NCBI RefSeq assembly: GCF_054482595.1
Contig: NZ_CM137008.1
DNA: 64,000 nt
Strand: one strand, 5' to 3'
The position numbers and the translations under genes were made by a program. Of this stretch, positions 31,701 through 40,629 are shown in pieces (positions within the stretch are counted from its first letter, which is position 1; each line of letters opens with the position of its first letter). Below the pieces are notes generated by a model, which saw only the letters and a program-made list of their open reading frames with translations, was not told the origin of the DNA and searched no databases.

Positions 31701-31884
31701 CTGCATCCGCCAGCGCAGACTGGATTTTGGCCTTCAGCTTATTATCCAGATAGTCGTTAATTTCATCAGCACGTGCATTTAAAATACGATAAATACCGAA
31801 ATCCAGTTCTGGTCGATCAATCTGAAAAATTTCTTTTAGCTTCTTAACTAATTCGTTGTACTTACTCATTATTTTCTCTTTCAA
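28750..31884 (-). CDS. Beta-class DNA amino-methyltransferase (N6-adenine or N4-cytosine; Type III Mod-like) with ~480-aa N-terminal extension
   Basis: 1044 aa; catalytic motif IV IIYLDPPYNT (~aa 498-507) lies before the AdoMet motif I DLFGGSGTTAHAV (~aa 784-796), the circular permutation of beta-class MTases; the N-terminal ~480 aa is unassigned. Confidence 0.7.
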   Translation of the reverse strand: MKEKIMSKYNELVKKLKEIFQIDRPELDFGIYRILNARADEINDYLDNKLKAKIQSALADAGNANKSELEHQLQLTIKAATDAGVDPADSPKVQELKKQLAAMASGANEHENAVFSHLLTFFSRYYDNGDFISKRRYKGNTYAIPYSGEEVMLHWANKDQYYIKSGENFANYSFKLDDGRKVSFKLLAADTAKDNRKDNELDRCFVLIEPHVRTKIDEEGDEYEQEYKPVEVVKNSSVVDGKLVETEELVIHFEYKAMKKGTKQDALVQSAISTILADKTVQQHWVDLAKRAPTEKNPSRTELERHLTTYTQRNTADYFIHKDLGGFLTNELDFYIKNEVMNLDNVQNAEVFANIEKQLRMIQCLRTVALELITFLAQIENFQKKLWTKKKFVVSTEYCITLDRIPDALYQTILVNDKQFKHWSTLGLFQQHNSRDMKFLKSSPYLMVDTTFFDSKFKCELIRSIDNIDNEINGLLVNSENYQALKILETKFDKSTSIIYLDPPYNTDATPILYKNGYKDSSWATLMADRIILSKKLLNNNGVFCYAIDDTEMSLLKELEKSINPEREVLQCIVEHYPGSGTGRTNVSRTHEYCLFSIPEGMDILKGDSVEDGIRTRGFRRAGTGDNNFRIGNPGRPESFFAVLVDPDTFEVKGVEPPPVPLEKGNYPVGETKEGLKRVYPIGENGEERVWSLSYEGAKKAIEVGELVSSNKFVINRLYHDSARRLLLPSIWQGSQYNATIGGTNLLTSMFGSAGLFSYPKSLGTMERVIDSVWHSANNETIVDLFGGSGTTAHAVINRNREKSEDHKYILVEMGEHSDSVIKARIVKAVYSDKWNKGYPQDKNGISHILKTIKLESYEDCLNNIVLKKSPIDLFETLPSDVRNDYLLNYLIKNESKDSFLGIDNFKKPFNYEMDIATDSAGATERKNIDLVETFNYLIGLHVKSIESNIERGYVRVEGTLPTGERTLILWRDCDKIGYEELNKYANRFDLYAKENTYDVIYINGDHNLPTAFTVDEEDGEIVRSLKIRQIEPEFLNLMFAEEV

Positions 31885-31889
31885 ATCAA

Positions 31890-34781
31890 TTAAATAACTT
31901 TCCAGCGGATGGAAAAAAGCTCGGTGATATCCGTTTTTTGCTTCATCCGCTCTTCAAGGGCACTGATGAGTTCATCCCGCTTGTCGGCGATCTCATCTTC
32001 AATGTCAAAAATTTCCATACGTTGGCGCTTCTGCTGCCGCTCCAGTAGCTTCAGCTTTTCCTGGTTTTGCTTTTGTTCTTCGATCGATTGTGCCAGTCTG
32101 GCTTCTCGCTTCAACGACTTGATTTGCATTTTGGTATCGCGTAATGCTTCTTCCGCCGCAAAGATCATGTCTTCAGCCCATTTTTCCAGCTTATCTCTTT
32201 CCGCTTCAAAAAGGACATTGTTCTGCTCCAAAACTTCCGCAAGCCTGGCGTCAATTTGCCTGTTCTTGAGTAAGATCAAGTCATCAGGTAATGCATCTAA
32301 ACTTGCCGAATTATCCAGCTTTTCGTTGGTTATTGCAGACAAGTTGAACAGACGTTTACAAGCCTCACCATCTACCACACGGCCGCTGTCAGTTTTCGCG
32401 GTAAAGACTAAAAATTGCTGCCGGTTAAACGCATCAACAGTAAGCAAATTTAGTGTTAACCACCCTGATAGCCCTTTCAGCTGCTCAGCCACCGAGACTT
32501 TCGTTGTGTGGTTACTGTAATCGAAGATGACTTCAGCTGTTTTCGTCTCCTGGGCTTTGGCTCCCTCAATGACGTACTCACCCAGCGGATGATTGATCCG
32601 ATATGCAAAACTGTGGTGATCCTGCATTTGTAACGCACTATTTTGCCTGCCATCTTTGCGCAACAGCTGATACTGCCCCACAGGCAGTTCATTGACTGAC
32701 TCACGTAAAGTAAAACGATGATGCTCATGATCAAAATCAGCATATTGTTTGAGCTGCTGACAGGTAACGGCCCAAAACCAACGACCGACTTTATCCAGAC
32801 GCTCCCGAGCTTCATCAAGCCTTATTTTAAGGATATCGTGAATATCTTCATCAAAATGCTCAAGCAACTGTTCCTGCGTCTTCTGCATCTTGAGATTGAT
32901 TTCATCTTCCAGCTCTTTCTGCAACCTTTCAAAAGCCAGCTCTATCTCCTCGGGGGTACGGCATGACTCATAAATTGACTGGATCCTTTTTTCAAAATCC
33001 ACTCCATTTTCTATGCTGCCAAGCACACTATCCGATGCACCAAACACGCCATCAAACAGGCTGAACTTTTCAGTTAAGAGTTCAAGAACTCGTTGATCGG
33101 CCTGGTTTCGCTGATTGAGGAAGTTAATAACAACCACATCAAACTTTTGCCCGTATCGGTGACAACGCCCAATACGCTGTTCAATGCGTTGTGGATTCCA
33201 GGGTAAATCGTAATTGATCAGTAGCGAACAAAATTGCAGGTTCACCCCTTCAGCTGCAGCTTCTGTAGCTATCATGATTTCAGCATGATCTTTGAAGTGG
33301 TCGATCAAAGCCGAGCGTTTATCAATTTGCGCCGACCCGGTAATACGAGAAGATCCCTGATATTCCTCGCGCCATTGCTGGTAGATCTTGTTTGCCTGCG
33401 GTGTATTGTTTGTGCCACTAAAGGTTACTACTTTCCCCTGGTAGCCATTGTTTTCCAGAAAATGTGCAAGATACTGTTGAGTTCGCATTGACTCCGTGAA
33501 GATGATGACTTTTTTTGCAGCCCCCATTTCGGCAAGCTGTGCAAAACCTTGCTCCAGGCCAGAAAGCAACTCTTTTGATTTGGTATCAGTGCCAATCTGT
33601 TCTGCTTTGACAATGAGTGATTCCAGCTCATTGATTTCTGCCTGAAGCGCGTCTGAATCGACAACTTTGCACTCGGTATCTAAAGCCACTGATTCGGCAT
33701 CTTCCACGATGTCATCTTCAAGATCGTCATCCATTATGATCTGTTGGATGATGTTCATATCATCTTCAACGATACCTTCCAGCTTTAACCTTTCTAAACG
33801 ACTCTTAAGGATCTGCAAGTTATTCAATACAGCTTTCGTACTTGAGGAAAGTAGCTTTCTGAGAATAAGCCCCGTCAGATGCCGGTGTCGTTTTGGTAAG
33901 GCATAGCTATCCTCACGTTCAAGCAATTTTTGTACGCGTTCATAAAGATCCTGCTCCTGTTCGCTCGGATAGAAAGGAATAGTGATCGCTTTACGTTCTG
34001 TATACTTGATGTACTCCAGCACATTCTTGCGTAAAGTTCGTTTGATAAAACGCGACAATCGCCCCTTCAACTCCGCAATATCGCTATCTGCCTGCATATA
34101 TTGCTTTCTGAACGCTTTAACTTCGCCGAAGGTATGTTCATCTATAAGCGTCGACATGCCATACAGTTCCATTAACGAATTCTGTAAAGGCGTTGCGGTC
34201 AGTAGTAATTTTTTCCGCCCATCAAGCGCACGCTTTAACGCTTGCCCCATTTTGTTACTTTCTCGATGAGCATTACGCAGTTTATGGGCTTCGTCGATAA
34301 CAACCAGATCCCACATTTCAGCCACCAATTTTTCTTCTAACCGAGCAGCATAGTGGTATGACATGATAGTGATCGATTTATTATTTAAGGGATTATGGAT
34401 CCCTTCTTTTTGAAGCTGGCTATACGTTTTCGCGTCCAACACCTGAGAAGGTAGATTGAACTTTTCCTGTAACTCGCTCGCCCATTGGCGACGCAGTGAA
34501 GCAGGACAAATGATCAACAGTTTACGTTTTCTTTCAGCCCACAACTGGCAAAGCACTAACCCCGCTTCAATGGTTTTACCTAAACCAACTTCATCGGCAA
34601 GCACAACACCTTTGCTTAGCGGATTTTCAATAGCAAAAAGAGCCGCCTCAATTTGATGAGGATTTAGATCTACGCTTGCATCAAACAGCGATTGAGACAG
34701 ACGGTCCACCCCATTGTTTGAATGGAGAATGGAAAGTTCATGCGCAAAATATTTCGCATGATAAGGTGTTGTACCAATCAT
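31890..34781 (-). CDS. SNF2/RAD54-family helicase, first gene of the operon
   Basis: 963 aa; motif I LADEVGLGKT (~aa 61-70), motif II VVIDEAHKLRN (~aa 160-170), motif III LLLTATPLQN, motif VI QRIGRCHRYGQK; long charged coiled-coil C-terminus. Confidence 0.75.
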   Translation of the reverse strand: MIGTTPYHAKYFAHELSILHSNNGVDRLSQSLFDASVDLNPHQIEAALFAIENPLSKGVVLADEVGLGKTIEAGLVLCQLWAERKRKLLIICPASLRRQWASELQEKFNLPSQVLDAKTYSQLQKEGIHNPLNNKSITIMSYHYAARLEEKLVAEMWDLVVIDEAHKLRNAHRESNKMGQALKRALDGRKKLLLTATPLQNSLMELYGMSTLIDEHTFGEVKAFRKQYMQADSDIAELKGRLSRFIKRTLRKNVLEYIKYTERKAITIPFYPSEQEQDLYERVQKLLEREDSYALPKRHRHLTGLILRKLLSSSTKAVLNNLQILKSRLERLKLEGIVEDDMNIIQQIIMDDDLEDDIVEDAESVALDTECKVVDSDALQAEINELESLIVKAEQIGTDTKSKELLSGLEQGFAQLAEMGAAKKVIIFTESMRTQQYLAHFLENNGYQGKVVTFSGTNNTPQANKIYQQWREEYQGSSRITGSAQIDKRSALIDHFKDHAEIMIATEAAAEGVNLQFCSLLINYDLPWNPQRIEQRIGRCHRYGQKFDVVVINFLNQRNQADQRVLELLTEKFSLFDGVFGASDSVLGSIENGVDFEKRIQSIYESCRTPEEIELAFERLQKELEDEINLKMQKTQEQLLEHFDEDIHDILKIRLDEARERLDKVGRWFWAVTCQQLKQYADFDHEHHRFTLRESVNELPVGQYQLLRKDGRQNSALQMQDHHSFAYRINHPLGEYVIEGAKAQETKTAEVIFDYSNHTTKVSVAEQLKGLSGWLTLNLLTVDAFNRQQFLVFTAKTDSGRVVDGEACKRLFNLSAITNEKLDNSASLDALPDDLILLKNRQIDARLAEVLEQNNVLFEAERDKLEKWAEDMIFAAEEALRDTKMQIKSLKREARLAQSIEEQKQNQEKLKLLERQQKRQRMEIFDIEDEIADKRDELISALEERMKQKTDITELFSIRWKVI

Positions 34782-35170
34782 CTTTTCTCTCTCTTCGCTG
34801 TACTTTTGACGATAACCTGCTGAATTGAATCAAGATAGTAAAAGGATACGCCAATAGTGGTTGATCCTTGAAGTAAGGACATCTCCGGTTGCGGGCCTTT
34901 GACACATAAAATCAGCAATTTTACGCATCGTTTCATGGCTAAACAATGGCACATTAAGAATGCCACTCGCTAAATGCAATCTATTTCCTGAGCCATTAGA
35001 CCAAGGCAATGAAGTTTTATATCTACTTAATTTTCAGGATGATGAATGAACATCATTGATGGGAATGGGGCTTCCGAAGTTCTTAGATTATCAGCGTTAC
35101 ATACAAACAAAGTAGTGAAAACACAGGCACAAAAAAAGCCGCCCTTGAGCGACTCGATTTGCATACGATG

Positions 35171-35193
35171 TGGTGCGAAGGCCGGACTCGAAC
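35171..35193 (-). other. tRNA 3'-end fragment (leuX-like T-arm plus acceptor), probable att-site remnant
   Basis: Reverse complement ggttcgagtccggccttcgcacca has the T-loop GGTTCGAGTCC and a CCA end, closely resembling the 3' end of E. coli tRNA-Leu (leuX) as recalled; the sequence to the right does not continue as a tRNA. Confidence 0.55.
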
Positions 35194-35881
35194 ATGTGAC
35201 TTAACCTCATGATTTAAAATTGTTAATAATAAACAATATCATCTTATACCAACACAGATACCAACACGAAAAATCACTGGTTTTCGGCATCGAACCAGGA
35301 CAATCAGCTCCTGATTGAGATACCGAGCTCTGTTACTCGTCATCTTCCTCGACAGGCTTCATTGCATCAAGTAGTACTCGCACCATCGCGATAGAACCAA
35401 TCCGGATAAAAGCATCTTCTCCATCTATATCTGTTAACTGATATCGCTCACTTGATGCCGGATAAGTGTGTCGATTTGCAGCTGTGTACTCTTTTGTACA
35501 GCCAGAATGTGGCTGACTGAGGTGGAGCAGATAATGTCCCCGTTGACCACTTCCGGACGGGAGGCTGTGATTTCAGACATAATTGATATTCCTTTTTGCA
35601 GATAAATGAAAACGCCAGCCCTGTTCAGGCTGGCGTCAGTGGAATGAAGTATGGTGAGTAATATTTATCGGTTCTGGTGCAGAAGCTGCAGTTGGCGCAG
35701 GGTACGGATACCCTCCCTGGCCTGTTCGATACAGGGCAACAGTGCTGCCGAATCCGTTTTATCCTCATCGTTGTCAAAGATAATTCCCGATTCGCAGTCG
35801 ATATTGTCCTGCAGCCACACAATCAGAATATCCAGCGCCGTTTCTGTGGTTAATGATTTCATCCTGTGTCTTTTGTCCTGG

Positions 35882-36370
35882 TTACCAGTTGAAAGTGGGT
35901 AAATCCTGCAGACATTCAGCACCGGCATCCAGATGAATGAGACTGACGCCATAACGCCGGATGAGTGTGACAACCAGACGGCGGAACGTTCTGGACAGCC
36001 CCAGGCGTTTAAGCCGCAGAACCGGGTATGACCACGCATCGGTACGTAACAGATATCCGCTACCTGTGAAATGAATCCATTCTGATTCGCCGGTGTCATT
36101 CGTCTGATTTGACAGCGAGTACAACCAGGCATTGTCCGTTTCCGTGATATGTGCGGTACTGCAGCGTATGCCGGTAAGGGCCGCAGATGGTGGCGTGCGC
36201 TCTGCTGATGTCCGGTCAGATTCATCAACAACACGAAGGGAGTAACCGTTATCGCAGACCACGTTAATCAGTTCAGCGAGAGTAACACCATCGACGTCAA
36301 CGACAATGCGCCCCATGTTCAGTGCCTGCACGTTAATGCTGTCGGCTTCCAGCGTCAGGGCCAGTTTCAT
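35882..36370 (-). CDS. YeeW-like protein (follows CbtA toxin gene)
   Basis: Position immediately after the cbtA-like gene, overlapping its 3' end, as yeeW does in CP4-44; no domain assignment. Confidence 0.45.
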   Translation of the reverse strand: MKLALTLEADSINVQALNMGRIVVDVDGVTLAELINVVCDNGYSLRVVDESDRTSAERTPPSAALTGIRCSTAHITETDNAWLYSLSNQTNDTGESEWIHFTGSGYLLRTDAWSYPVLRLKRLGLSRTFRRLVVTLIRRYGVSLIHLDAGAECLQDLPTFNW

Positions 36371-36741
36371 TGTTTCGCCCACGGATGTTTACCCAGGGTA
36401 ATGTTATTTACCGTTCTGTAATTGTCGCGGGCCATCAGGCCGGTTGCCCGGCGGGCCCGGAGGATATCAATACTGTTTATTAACTGAGAACGAGTACAGA
36501 CGCTGAATCCCGGCTGGTCGGTACGCACCAGTGCGTATTTTTCAACGAGAAAGTTCACCGCATCACACAGTGAAATGCCTGCCTCAATATGCTGCTCAAT
36601 CACACGTTCATCAGCGAACGGTGTGTCATTCAGTGTGAGGCCGTAATGCTGGTCCAGCAGTCGGGTGAGCAGTGTCTGCCAGATGGTGACGGGAGACTGG
36701 CAATGCGATGCCTCCCGTACGTGTGTATCGGGTAATGTGTT
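36367..36741 (-). CDS. CbtA/YeeV-family toxin (cytoskeleton-binding toxin)
   Basis: [121 protein letters not shown] matches the CbtA/YkfI/YpjF family; start placed at MNTLP. Confidence 0.8.
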   Translation of the reverse strand, partial: NTLPDTHVREASHCQSPVTIWQTLLTRLLDQHYGLTLNDTPFADERVIEQHIEAGISLCDAVNFLVEKYALVRTDQPGFSVCTRSQLINSIDILRARRATGLMARDNYRTVNNITLGKHPWAKQ

Positions 36742-36833
36742 CATACTGAAGATTTTCCTGATATGCAGAGATGAAAAATGGAAAAGTGGCGTGGTGAAAG
36801 CACCAGGCCGGAGAAGAAGGTTATTCTGGAGAG

Positions 36834-37202
36834 TTACTTTTTCGTTTCGGGCGTCGGATAAACAGCCATATAAACGTAGCCACAACTGCCGAGGGTGTCG
36901 GCTTCGCAGGTCAGCCTTTTTGCATACAGCGTGACGGTATGCTGATGGCGGGGATTCAGTTCACCGCTGGTGAGCATGAGTTCCAGTTGTTTCATCAGCA
37001 GCGGAAAGGCCTGGTCCAGATGGTACGCATCCGCGTCGCTGAACCGGCCTCTGATACCGGCGCGGTCTGCAAGGTAATGCAACCGGTTACCCTCCTGCAC
37101 CAGACGTGCCCCAAAACAGGGCGTCACGGTGCAGGGCAGTCCCCACCAGGTGCGGTCGTTATTGTCGTCGGGAAGCGTTGTCCCGGGGAGTGTGTCTGAC
37201 AC
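36834..37202 (-). CDS. CbeA/YeeU-family antitoxin
   Basis: 122-aa ORF directly upstream of the toxin gene; [23 protein letters not shown]... matches the YeeU/YfjZ family. Confidence 0.8.
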   Translation of the reverse strand: MSDTLPGTTLPDDNNDRTWWGLPCTVTPCFGARLVQEGNRLHYLADRAGIRGRFSDADAYHLDQAFPLLMKQLELMLTSGELNPRHQHTVTLYAKRLTCEADTLGSCGYVYMAVYPTPETKK

Positions 37203-37281
37203 GATAAAATCCTCACAGAAAATTGGTTAAGAATGGTCCGGTGGTGGCGATAATTCTGCTCTTCTGAATGCCCTTCCAGAC

Positions 37282-37503
37282 TCAGTTCAGGGTGACGCTC
37301 ATCAGCCGGACATACGGACCAAAACTGTCCTTACGGCGTTCTGCAAACACAGCCAGCACACCGGGAATATCCTGTACTTCACGGCCGGTATATGTATCCG
37401 TGCTACCGTGCCAGCGGTATTTACCGGTACAGAACGGAAAAAGACGGGATGCAGGATGCTGACGGTGAATACGCATGGCTTCACCACGGGTGATGATTTT
37501 CAT
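37282..37503 (-). CDS. YeeT-like protein (DUF987)
   Basis: 73-aa ORF in the position of yeeT between the radC-like and antitoxin genes. Confidence 0.55.
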   Translation of the reverse strand: MKIITRGEAMRIHRQHPASRLFPFCTGKYRWHGSTDTYTGREVQDIPGVLAVFAERRKDSFGPYVRLMSVTLN

Positions 37504-37589
37504 GAGAATAGTCCTCCTGAATGTGAAAGTAAGAAACAGCTGAGAAAGAGAAACTGAAGTGATATGAAGGTGATTGTGACGGTGACGGG

Positions 37590-38066
37590 TTAAAGCAGAC
37601 CGTGTTCGGCAAAGGAGAATACCTGGCTGCCACCGACTATCAGATGGTCCGGCACCCGGATATCCACCAGGGCCAGCGCCTGTACCAGACGTTCAGTGAT
37701 AAGCCGGTCTGCCTTACTGGGGGTGACTTCACCGGACGGGTGATTGTGCGCCAGCACCACGGCAGCGGCATTGTGGTACAGGGCACGTTTAATCACCTCC
37801 CGGGGATGGACTTCTGTGCGGTTGATGGTGCCTGTGAAGAGGGTTTCACCCGCAATCAGCTGATTCTGGTTGTTCAGATACAGCACCCGGAACTCTTCCC
37901 GCTCCAGTCCTGCCATGTTCAGAATCAGCCATTCCCGTGCCGCATGCGTGGAGGTGAAGGCCACGCCGGGTTCATGAAGATGGCGGTCCAGGGTTTTCAG
38001 GGCCCGCTGAATGAGGCTGCGCTCGCCGGGCGTCATCTCTCCGGGCAGAAAGGAAAGCTGTTGCAT
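37590..38066 (-). CDS. RadC-like JAB/MPN-domain protein (YeeS/YfjY family)
   Basis: 158 aa with the JAMM-type motif VVLAHNHPSGEVTPSKAD. Confidence 0.8.
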   Translation of the reverse strand: MQQLSFLPGEMTPGERSLIQRALKTLDRHLHEPGVAFTSTHAAREWLILNMAGLEREEFRVLYLNNQNQLIAGETLFTGTINRTEVHPREVIKRALYHNAAAVVLAHNHPSGEVTPSKADRLITERLVQALALVDIRVPDHLIVGGSQVFSFAEHGLL

Positions 38067-38080
38067 TGTTCCGGCCCCTT

Positions 38081-38569
38081 TCAGTCAATGATGCGCATAA
38101 TGGCGTTGCATTCCGGATGTTGCAGGGCGTAATCCCGCAACCGATAATAATGGACCGTCATGGCATAACACTCCGTACGACAGGCATGATGACTGTACGT
38201 CATCAGACAGGCAGCAATGCCGGCGGCTTCCGGGCTCATTTCAGCGCGGTTACCGTTCATGGCATTGAACAGTACCCAGGTTTCTCCATCATCTTCATCC
38301 GGTTCGGGCGCCATAAATGCGCCGCCGTTATTCAGGGTGTACAGATTCCAGATACCACCGCAGTAGTCTTCACACAGACGGTCCATCCAGCCGAAGACAC
38401 GGGGCTCCAGGGTCACCCACTGTGGAATGAGGCCAAAGTGCTGCGGCCAGAAGCTGATGCGCTGTTCATCAGGGACGGGAGTGGCAACCAGTTGAGACTG
38501 GTTATTCCCTGATGCAGTAGTTACGGAAACAGAAGGTGTGGTGGAATTATGCGAAGAGGTTGTCATGAG
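38081..38569 (-). CDS. Antirestriction protein, ArdB/KlcA family (YfjX-like)
   Basis: ~160-aa protein in the conserved position upstream of radC in CP4-type elements; family assignment from memory of YfjX/KlcA. Confidence 0.55.
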   Translation of the reverse strand, partial: LMTTSSHNSTTPSVSVTTASGNNQSQLVATPVPDEQRISFWPQHFGLIPQWVTLEPRVFGWMDRLCEDYCGGIWNLYTLNNGGAFMAPEPDEDDGETWVLFNAMNGNRAEMSPEAAGIAACLMTYSHHACRTECYAMTVHYYRLRDYALQHPECNAIMRIID

Positions 38570-38657
38570 ATTATTCCTTATAAAAAGCAAATGAATGGAA
38601 GAATGCCTGGGGACTGGTACAGACGTGAGTCAGGGCTGCACTTTCAGGGAAACAGCA

Positions 38658-39476
38658 TCAGCGCATGCTCTCCAGCAGCGTTTCTGCCATCACCCACAAT
38701 GCGCGGTTGAGCTTAATATCGGTGTCGATGCTGTGAATGGCACGGGTGTGGATACGTTTTCCTCTGGCACTGCGACCGGAAATTCCGCCTTTCAGCATAT
38801 TCTCCTGGATGGTCTGATAAGCACTCCACAGGTCCTTACCGTAATCCTCCCGGCGTCGTGGTGTCAGAATGTCGGCAGTGGTGACTGGCTGATGTTTGTC
38901 ACCATAACGGTAAGTCAGTGCCGCCTGTGCCAGCGCCTGGCGTGCCGGTGGCGGCAGGACCAGCGACTGCATGGCATCACGCTTCTCCTCTATCCGGTCA
39001 AAAACCCCCACCACCTCGTAAGCCCCTTCAATAACTTTCTCCACCACATTTCCCCGGTGCGGAACACGCACTTCCCCCAGAGACTGACCACAGACGCATC
39101 CGTTCTGGCAGACGAACCTGAAGTAACCCGGCAGCATCTGGTAGCTGGAGGTACCGTCATGAGAGTTGAGCAGAATAATTTCAGGGACATGTTCTCCGTT
39201 TATCTCTCCGGCCCGCCGCAGACGCAGCATATGTTTGGTGTATCCCCGGCGGCCCGGGTCGCGCACACGGGTCTGGCAGGCGAAGAACGGCTGAAAGCCT
39301 TCCCGCTGCAGACTTTCCAGCACGGTGATGGTGGGGATATACGTATAGCGTTCACTGCGGGAGGTATGCCGGTCTTCCCCAAAAATACCGGGTACATAGT
39401 GCATCAGTTCTTCGTGTGTCAGCGGACGGTCACGGCGTATCTGATTCGCATAACCAAAACGACTGGCTAATTGCAT
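38658..39476 (-). CDS. DUF932-family protein (YfjQ/YafZ-like)
   Basis: 272-aa ORF; position and size match the DUF932 gene of CP4-type islands. Confidence 0.5.
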   Translation of the reverse strand: MQLASRFGYANQIRRDRPLTHEELMHYVPGIFGEDRHTSRSERYTYIPTITVLESLQREGFQPFFACQTRVRDPGRRGYTKHMLRLRRAGEINGEHVPEIILLNSHDGTSSYQMLPGYFRFVCQNGCVCGQSLGEVRVPHRGNVVEKVIEGAYEVVGVFDRIEEKRDAMQSLVLPPPARQALAQAALTYRYGDKHQPVTTADILTPRRREDYGKDLWSAYQTIQENMLKGGISGRSARGKRIHTRAIHSIDTDIKLNRALWVMAETLLESMR

Positions 39477-39804
39477 ACTTTGCTCCTTATGAATGAATTA
39501 GCGGTATAAACGAAAAGGCCGCGTCTCCCGGAGAAGACGCGGCCTGATGGATGAAATGAAGACGTTTATTGCCTGAGAATTCCCTCACTGGCGAGATACG
39601 AATTTAGCTGTTTTCCGGCATCAGGTTCAAAATTCCAGCACCGCCAGCGTAGCTGCCCTTCGGCATTGCGGATAACCAGCCGGAAATGCGTTCCCTGGTC
39701 ATCTTCAATAAGCACATTGCGGTAAGCTGTTGTGACGGCAACCGCCTGTTCGCGTGAGAAAGGGCCTTCGGGCAATAAAACAGGGTGGCAGTCCTACATA
39801 CCGG

Positions 39805-40482
39805 CTATTTTCCGATAAATTCAACGCTGGCGCCGGTGGCATTACCGTCAGCACCAACCGTGACGGTCACTTTGTCGTACGCACGGTCTTCAGGATTGAA
39901 TACTTCAAACTCAACCTTATTGCCTTTTACTTCGTAAGAGCCAAAATCAGCGGTTTCTGTTGTTTCCTCGTCATATTCCCGGGCGTATGCCTGCCGGGCA
40001 GCCTGCAGGACGGAATCTTTATCAATAGTGGTCGTCTGTTTCGGGGAAAAACCGGCAAGTGATGTGACAAATTTCGGACAGACCTTCAGCATATCACCGC
40101 GGGTGAATTCCATTCGTACACCAAATGCCTGTAAAACGGACACATCACGCTCTGCTATGGAGTGAACGGCTTTTTTGACCATTTCCGGCGCCTGTCCGAT
40201 TTCCACCTCAACAGCCCTGAATCCCGTCTGCTGATTACACATTTGTGATGTGGGGATCAGGTTACCGTTAATACTGATACGGCTGCCCAGGAGCGTCTGT
40301 ACACCATTCGGGCATCCCTGCATCAGGCCGGTAATACCAATCGTGCCATTTTTCAGCATTACCAGCGCCTGACCATCTTCCGTCATGGTCTGACACCAGC
40401 CGTTTTTGACAGCCCAGTTGCCGGCGGAGGCGGAGAATGATGCCACAGTGAACAGCAGGGGAAAAAGAGCTCTGGTATTCAT
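39805..40482 (-). CDS. Exported hypothetical protein (signal peptide)
   Basis: Start placed at MNTRALFPLLFTVASFSASA (signal peptide); the remainder has no recognisable domain. Confidence 0.4.
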   Translation of the reverse strand: MNTRALFPLLFTVASFSASAGNWAVKNGWCQTMTEDGQALVMLKNGTIGITGLMQGCPNGVQTLLGSRISINGNLIPTSQMCNQQTGFRAVEVEIGQAPEMVKKAVHSIAERDVSVLQAFGVRMEFTRGDMLKVCPKFVTSLAGFSPKQTTTIDKDSVLQAARQAYAREYDEETTETADFGSYEVKGNKVEFEVFNPEDRAYDKVTVTVGADGNATGASVEFIGK

Positions 40483-40629
40483 GACTGACCTCTGAAATGA
40501 ACGTACGGTGTTATTGATAATGATGGAAGGTATGCAGTGACTGTTCAGGGAATGACGTAGCCGTATATTTAGTTTTCTGTTCAACATATTGTCTCCATAC
40601 CTGTCGGGACGGCTTTGGCAGGCCGGCAA

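Noticed and set aside
25367-34781. Assignment of the three-gene operon to DISARM, BREX, Type I or plain Type III R-M
   Set aside because: No DUF1998 (DrmB) or PLD (DrmC) gene for DISARM, no PglZ or BrxC-like ATPase for BREX, and no HsdS specificity subunit for Type I. Type III systems lack an SNF2 helicase and have smaller subunits. I therefore left it as an unclassified R-M-like candidate.
35171-35260. Complete tRNA gene at the leuX-like sequence
   Set aside because: Only the T-arm and acceptor 3' end are present; the sequence to the right (atgtgacttaacctcatgattt...) cannot form D or anticodon arms, so it is an att-type fragment and not a functional tRNA.
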